Part shown: positions 59,693 through 64,000 of the stretch, one piece after another | How the letters are laid out: the number at the start of each line of letters is the position of its first letter | How positions within the stretch are numbered: position 1 is the first letter of the stretch | Source of the DNA: an uncultured bacterium | GTDB lineage: Bacteria; Babelota; Babeliae; Babelales; Vermiphilaceae | DNA: 64,000 bases | NCBI GenBank assembly: GCA_963701085.1 | Contig: OY969561.1 | Location: 480,001-544,000, forward strand | Direction of reading: 5' to 3' | Program-made: the position numbers and the translations under genes | The notes under the pieces: generated by a model | Database searches by the model: none | What the model was told of the DNA's origin: nothing | Seen by the model: only the letters and a program-made list of their open reading frames with translations

Positions 59693-60343
59693 ATGATAAA
59701 ACTAAGAATTGTTGCCATGACTGCCGCATTAAGCACAACCTTTATACAAGCTAGTGAAGTACGTAATGCAATTACCATCAGACCAGCAACACTCAATGAT
59801 CTTGATGCAATTTCTGCTATTTCTCATCAACAATACCAAAATACCTTTAAACCCATGTGGCAAAAACATTATGCATGGCTGACCCCACAACACCAAACTA
59901 TTGATGAGTTTGTTAATGAAAAAGAAAAAATCAACAATGATACCAATGCTGATTTTATTACGCGACAAGCAAACAACGAAAATTGTTGTCTACTCATAGC
60001 GCAGTTAGCACAACCAAACACAACGGAATCTGTTACTGGATTTTGCAGATTTGAAAAAAAAGACGATACACATATGTATATACATTTTATTCTTGTTGAT
60101 GAACAATTACGCAGACAAGGCATCGCTAAACAATTAGCATACGCAGCAATGCACAAATGGGATACCGTGACCACGTGCAACTTCCGCGCGCTGGTGCATT
60201 ATGATTTTATTAATGAACTTTATAGTAAGCACAATTGTATAAAAACAGGAACCGTTGCTCTTGATGCTAAAACGGGAAAAATCTCCACTGATCCCGATGC
60301 AATAATCACCCACAACGATTATTCATTTACCATACAAAAGTAA
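59693..60343 (+). CDS. GNAT-family acetyltransferase with signal peptide
   Basis: IRPATLNDL, HFILVDEQLRRQGIAKQL. Confidence 0.85.
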   Translation: MIKLRIVAMTAALSTTFIQASEVRNAITIRPATLNDLDAISAISHQQYQNTFKPMWQKHYAWLTPQHQTIDEFVNEKEKINNDTNADFITRQANNENCCLLIAQLAQPNTTESVTGFCRFEKKDDTHMYIHFILVDEQLRRQGIAKQLAYAAMHKWDTVTTCNFRALVHYDFINELYSKHNCIKTGTVALDAKTGKISTDPDAIITHNDYSFTIQK

Positions 60344-60350
60344 CCCTAAC

Positions 60351-60393
60351 AAAAAACCGTGAAGACAATCATTTTCTGACTATCTTCACGGTT
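60351..60393. terminator. Hairpin between convergent genes
   Basis: AACCGTGAAGA...TCTTCACGGTT with A tract on the left. Confidence 0.6.
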
Positions 60394-60419
60394 CCAATTT
60401 TTTTGAAATTCTTAACAAC

Positions 60420-61220
60420 TTACTCGCGAGCTGTTTTTACAGCTGCTTGACACTGTTTAAAAAGATCAAACTTACTTCTTTTCATAGATGACCGATAAAA
60501 ACTATCATAATTTTTTAAATCAGAAAATGACTTGATTTCTTTTTTAACCAATTGTTTTTGATTGATAATCATTGCATTTTCAGGATTGTCCTTTAAACAT
60601 TTGTTAACTTTATTTAAAGACTCTTGTAGCTCATTTAACTGGTGACTAAAACTGCTCCCTAAGTAACCACTAAACTTAGTATATAGTTTTTTTTGCGCTT
60701 CCCTTTTTTCTGTGCGAACACCCAATACCATTTCAATTATTTTCATATCTCTAAAAGAAGCGTATATTCCCACTGGCTCAATTTGTTCTTTTAACAATAC
60801 AACTTCTGCACCCGAGACTTTTTTGCTTCTTTCTTCTCTTGTTTTATCTAATGATGCTATGAACTGAGTATAATCTTTTCTTGTTTTTGATGTATCATGC
60901 TTCTTCAACCCTTCTTTTTGATCAAGTTCTTTTGCTTGAGCATTCACTCGAATTGATCGATCTAAAAGTGCATTTAAATCCTGATCAGTTAAATCAGATT
61001 TTTTTAAATCCTGTTCAATTGAATCTATTGAATCAATTACTTGTGATAAGTTATTGAAATCTTGATCCTCATCCTGAACACCCAACACCTGCTTGATATA
61101 TCCCCTAGCAATTCTTGTAGCATTCCTTTCCTTACCTTGATTATTTGCATTATCCTTATTCATTGAATAGCTCAATGAAGCAACTGATAATAGCGAACTG
61201 AGCAATAATAGCTTTTTCAT
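60420..61220 (-). CDS. Secreted coiled-coil hypothetical protein
   Basis: MKKLLLLSSLLSVASLSYS leader, K/E/Q-rich helical body. Confidence 0.75.
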   Translation of the reverse strand: MKKLLLLSSLLSVASLSYSMNKDNANNQGKERNATRIARGYIKQVLGVQDEDQDFNNLSQVIDSIDSIEQDLKKSDLTDQDLNALLDRSIRVNAQAKELDQKEGLKKHDTSKTRKDYTQFIASLDKTREERSKKVSGAEVVLLKEQIEPVGIYASFRDMKIIEMVLGVRTEKREAQKKLYTKFSGYLGSSFSHQLNELQESLNKVNKCLKDNPENAMIINQKQLVKKEIKSFSDLKNYDSFYRSSMKRSKFDLFKQCQAAVKTARE

Positions 61221-61356
61221 ATATAACCCCTACATTGTAAATAATTTTAACTTATATACTCATTTTACCCCCCCCTTGATTTTGTCAAATGGTAATATAT
61301 ATGGAAATAGAGAAGGACCTATGGAGCGATAAGCACAATAAAAAAGTTACTATAAC

Positions 61357-61406
61357 AATTGGCCATAATTGGCTATAATTGGCTATAATTGGCTATAATT
61401 GGACAT
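61357..61406. repeat. 10-bp tandem repeat AATTGGCTAT, about 5 copies
   Basis: aattggccat aattggctat aattggctat aattggctat aattggacat. Confidence 0.9.
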
Positions 61407-61443
61407 TTGTGGTTATAAAATTAGCTCAATAAAGGATTTTTAG

Positions 61444-61623
61444 ATGGATTCAATAATTAATCGCGAATACCTAGCTCATGTAACACCAGAACTACTGAAA
61501 AAATTGCGATATATTGCCTTAATAGAAAGCATTGGCGCTTCTACACGGTTGGCTGGAGCAAAACTATCTGATAAAGAAGTAGAAAAACTGCTATCACAGC
61601 TGAAACCCCATAAAGATCAATAA
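61444..61623 (+). pseudogene. Fic-family N-terminal fragment (59 aa)
   Basis: LKKLRYIALIESIGASTRLAGAKLSDKEVEKLL resembles the ESIGSSTRIEG region; no HPFxxGNGR core. Confidence 0.65.
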
Positions 61624-61727
61624 ACCAACAGAATAGGCACATTTTACAACTCAGCCATATCTCTTTATACTTGTTCCTAAGGTTTTTCCCTTAAAAACAC
61701 CCCTAAAACCATTAGAATGAGAAACGC

Positions 61728-63548
61728 ATGAGTCAACGCATTCCCAATTTACAAGAATTTACCCCTGATAGAATCAGAAATTTTTCAATTATTGCCCATA
61801 TTGATCATGGCAAATCAACGCTATCTGACAGATTATTGGAAATATCAGGCACTATTACCGAACGGCAAAAAAAAGAACAATTTTTGGATAAACTCCAGGT
61901 AGAACGCGAACGCGGTATTACCGTTAAAGCGCAAACTGCATCAATGTTTTATGAATATAAAGGGGTAAAATACCTCCTTAACCTCATTGACACCCCGGGA
62001 CACGTTGATTTTACCTACGAAGTTTCCCGCTCATTATACGCATGCCAAGGAGCATTACTGCTCATTGATGCGGCACAAGGCGTCCAAGCGCAAACAATGG
62101 CCAACTTCTACCTTGCCTTTAATCAAGATTTGACCATTATTCCTATCATTAACAAAATTGATCTTCCCAATGCTGATATTGAAAAAGTAACCAATCAGTT
62201 TGTAAATCTATTCGATTTTAAAGCAGCGGAAGTCATTAAGGCATCAGCAAAGGCTAATATTGGTGTGACAGAGATCTTCCAAGCAGTGATTGAACGCATT
62301 CCAAGCTTGCACGTATCAGCCGATAAACCACTGCGCGCGCTGCTGTTTGATTCTTGGTTTGATGAATATCGCGGCGTAGTCTGCCTTATCGCACTCCATG
62401 ATGGCACCATCAAAAAAGGTGATATAATCTCTCTTGCACAAGCAAGCTCCAATTATGAAGTGCTAGAAGTAGGATTGATGTACCCAGAGCCAACGCCAAC
62501 CAACGTATTATATGCAGGCCAAGTTGGATACCTAATTACCGGTATGAAAACCATTAAAGAAGCCCAAATTGGTGATACCATTTACCACAACAAAAAACCG
62601 GTTGAACTATTTCCTGGCTTTAAACCAGCAAAACCAATGGTGTTTGCCGGCATATTCCCGGTGGATAGTGAAGAAATTGGCTTACTTGAGGAAGCAATTG
62701 AAAAATTAACACTCAATGATGCCAGCGTATCGGTGGAAAAAAAGACCTCTGCCGCTCTTGGTATTGGCTTCCGGTGCGGATTTTTGGGCATGTTACACAT
62801 GGAAGTGTTCAAGCAGCGCCTTGAACAAGAGTACCATTTATCAGTCATTGCAACCGCACCAAGCGTACTGTACCAAATAAAAATGGCCGGAACCGGCAAG
62901 CTTGTTGACATTGAAAATCCGTCAGATTTCCCTGAACGGAACTTTATTGAAGACATTCTTGAACCTATGATTGATGCAACAATCATCGTTCCCCAGCAAT
63001 ATCTTGGTAATGTTATTAAATTGTGCGAAGAAAAACGTGGCAGACAACAAAACCTTACGTACCTTGATGACACACGCGTCATCTTAAAATACCGCCTACC
63101 ACTTAATGAAGTTGCCATGGAATTTTTTGGTGATCTTAAGGGAATGAGCTCTGGTTATGCCAGTTTTGATTACGAATTTTCTGGTTATGAACCTGCAGAT
63201 TTGGTCAAAATGGATATTTTGCTCAACGGGAAAGCTGTTGACGCGCTTTCTATCATTATTCATAGAGATAGAGCCTTTTATATTGGTAGAGATCTCACGC
63301 AACGCTTGCAGAAGGTTATTCACCGCCAACTCTTTGAAGTTATCATCCAGGCAGCCATCGGAGCCAAAATTATTGCCCGGGAACGTGTTGCTCCATTGCG
63401 TAAAGACGTAACAGCAAAATGCTATGGTGGCGATATATCCCGTAAACGTAAGCTTCTTGAAAAGCAAAAAGAGGGTAAAAAGAAGATGAAACAGGTTGGT
63501 TCTGTTGAAGTACCCCAAGAAGCATTCTTATCCCTACTCAAGAAATAA
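61728..63548 (+). CDS. lepA: Translation elongation factor 4 (LepA)
   Basis: IRNFSIIAHIDHGKSTL, ERERGIT, DTPGHVDF, GFRCGFLG, KCYGGDISRKRKLLEKQKEGKK. Confidence 0.98.
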   Translation: MSQRIPNLQEFTPDRIRNFSIIAHIDHGKSTLSDRLLEISGTITERQKKEQFLDKLQVERERGITVKAQTASMFYEYKGVKYLLNLIDTPGHVDFTYEVSRSLYACQGALLLIDAAQGVQAQTMANFYLAFNQDLTIIPIINKIDLPNADIEKVTNQFVNLFDFKAAEVIKASAKANIGVTEIFQAVIERIPSLHVSADKPLRALLFDSWFDEYRGVVCLIALHDGTIKKGDIISLAQASSNYEVLEVGLMYPEPTPTNVLYAGQVGYLITGMKTIKEAQIGDTIYHNKKPVELFPGFKPAKPMVFAGIFPVDSEEIGLLEEAIEKLTLNDASVSVEKKTSAALGIGFRCGFLGMLHMEVFKQRLEQEYHLSVIATAPSVLYQIKMAGTGKLVDIENPSDFPERNFIEDILEPMIDATIIVPQQYLGNVIKLCEEKRGRQQNLTYLDDTRVILKYRLPLNEVAMEFFGDLKGMSSGYASFDYEFSGYEPADLVKMDILLNGKAVDALSIIIHRDRAFYIGRDLTQRLQKVIHRQLFEVIIQAAIGAKIIARERVAPLRKDVTAKCYGGDISRKRKLLEKQKEGKKKMKQVGSVEVPQEAFLSLLKK

Positions 63549-63550
63549 TT

Positions 63551-63770
63551 ATCAACCCCCTGGACCGGGAAAAAGAGAAATCCCCAACTTAGACCGTTGG
63601 GGGACCCAACCTACGTAAGAACTACGGTTAATTTACGTGGAGGTGTTCTTGTAAACACCTCCACACCTCCATACACCAATGTTCCCTTGGATTCCTTAAC
63701 GGGTTAAAAGCAAGGTCGCTGATCAAACCTGCTCCTGATCCCGCGACGGTTTGATGGCGACCGAGCCCCA
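63551..63770. ncRNA. Candidate structured non-coding RNA, family unassigned
   Basis: GC-rich intergenic stretch with stems at 63582-63602, 63637-63664 and 63714-63762. Confidence 0.45.
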
Positions 63771-63849
63771 TGTCATTTTAAGAAAAATGCCAGAAACTCG
63801 CTGGTAACCCTTCATGTACTTATTTAATTAATATTTTTATTTGTCCGCA

Positions 63850-64000
63850 CCCTTCGATACACCACTACGTGGCACTCAGGGCGAGCGGAGAGAAAAAACT
63901 ATCAAGGGAAAAGAAATTAAATATCTCTTTCTCATCACTTTCGTGATTATTTCCCCCCGCTCGCCCTGAGTGTTTTTGTCTTCAAAAATGTATCGAAGGG
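63850..64000. repeat. Two family A units with hairpin-expanded loops, inverted pair
   Basis: CCCTTCGATACACCACTACGTGGCACTCAGGGCGAGCGG and CCGCTCGCCCTGAGTGTTTTTGTCTTCAAAAATGTATCGAAGGG. Confidence 0.9.

Noticed and set aside
62582-63518. Long antisense ORFs over lepA (and similar ones over gyrA, gltX, plsX)
   Set aside because: Shadow frames of conserved genes with no recognisable motifs

Overview
AT-rich bacterial chromosome segment. The gene content (ankyrin-repeat array, many signal-peptide hypotheticals, SpoVG, HspR, an expanded ~530-670 aa paralog family) suggests an intracellular protist parasite such as Candidatus Dependentiae/Babelota (TM6); this taxonomy is an inference. Housekeeping genes: ychF (partial), maf, tRNA-Gln, spoVG, rsmH, murF, ftsK, acpP-fabD, gltX, plsX-rpmF, a TroABCD-type metal ABC transporter, dprA, gyrA, lepA. 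Main points of interest: (1) a dense population of modular palindromic repeats with covarying stems around a fixed tandem GA motif, which nest in each other and sit in-frame inside dprA, ftsK and two other genes; (2) six paralogs of an uncharacterised Cys-bearing putative outer-membrane beta-barrel family; (3) a 90-bp duplicate of the metal permease 3' end differing only at synonymous sites and bracketing a peptidase gene, suggesting cassette capture without an integrase; (4) two secreted GH1 proteins with altered catalytic residues; (5) candidate effector proteases (papain/Josephin-like hidden by a frameshift, and clan CD-like); (6) an AT-rich ankyrin island; (7) an unassigned structured RNA candidate after lepA. 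Frameshift clusters in murF/ftsK and the island are probably at least partly sequencing errors. No CRISPR array, rRNA, integrase or transposase was seen.
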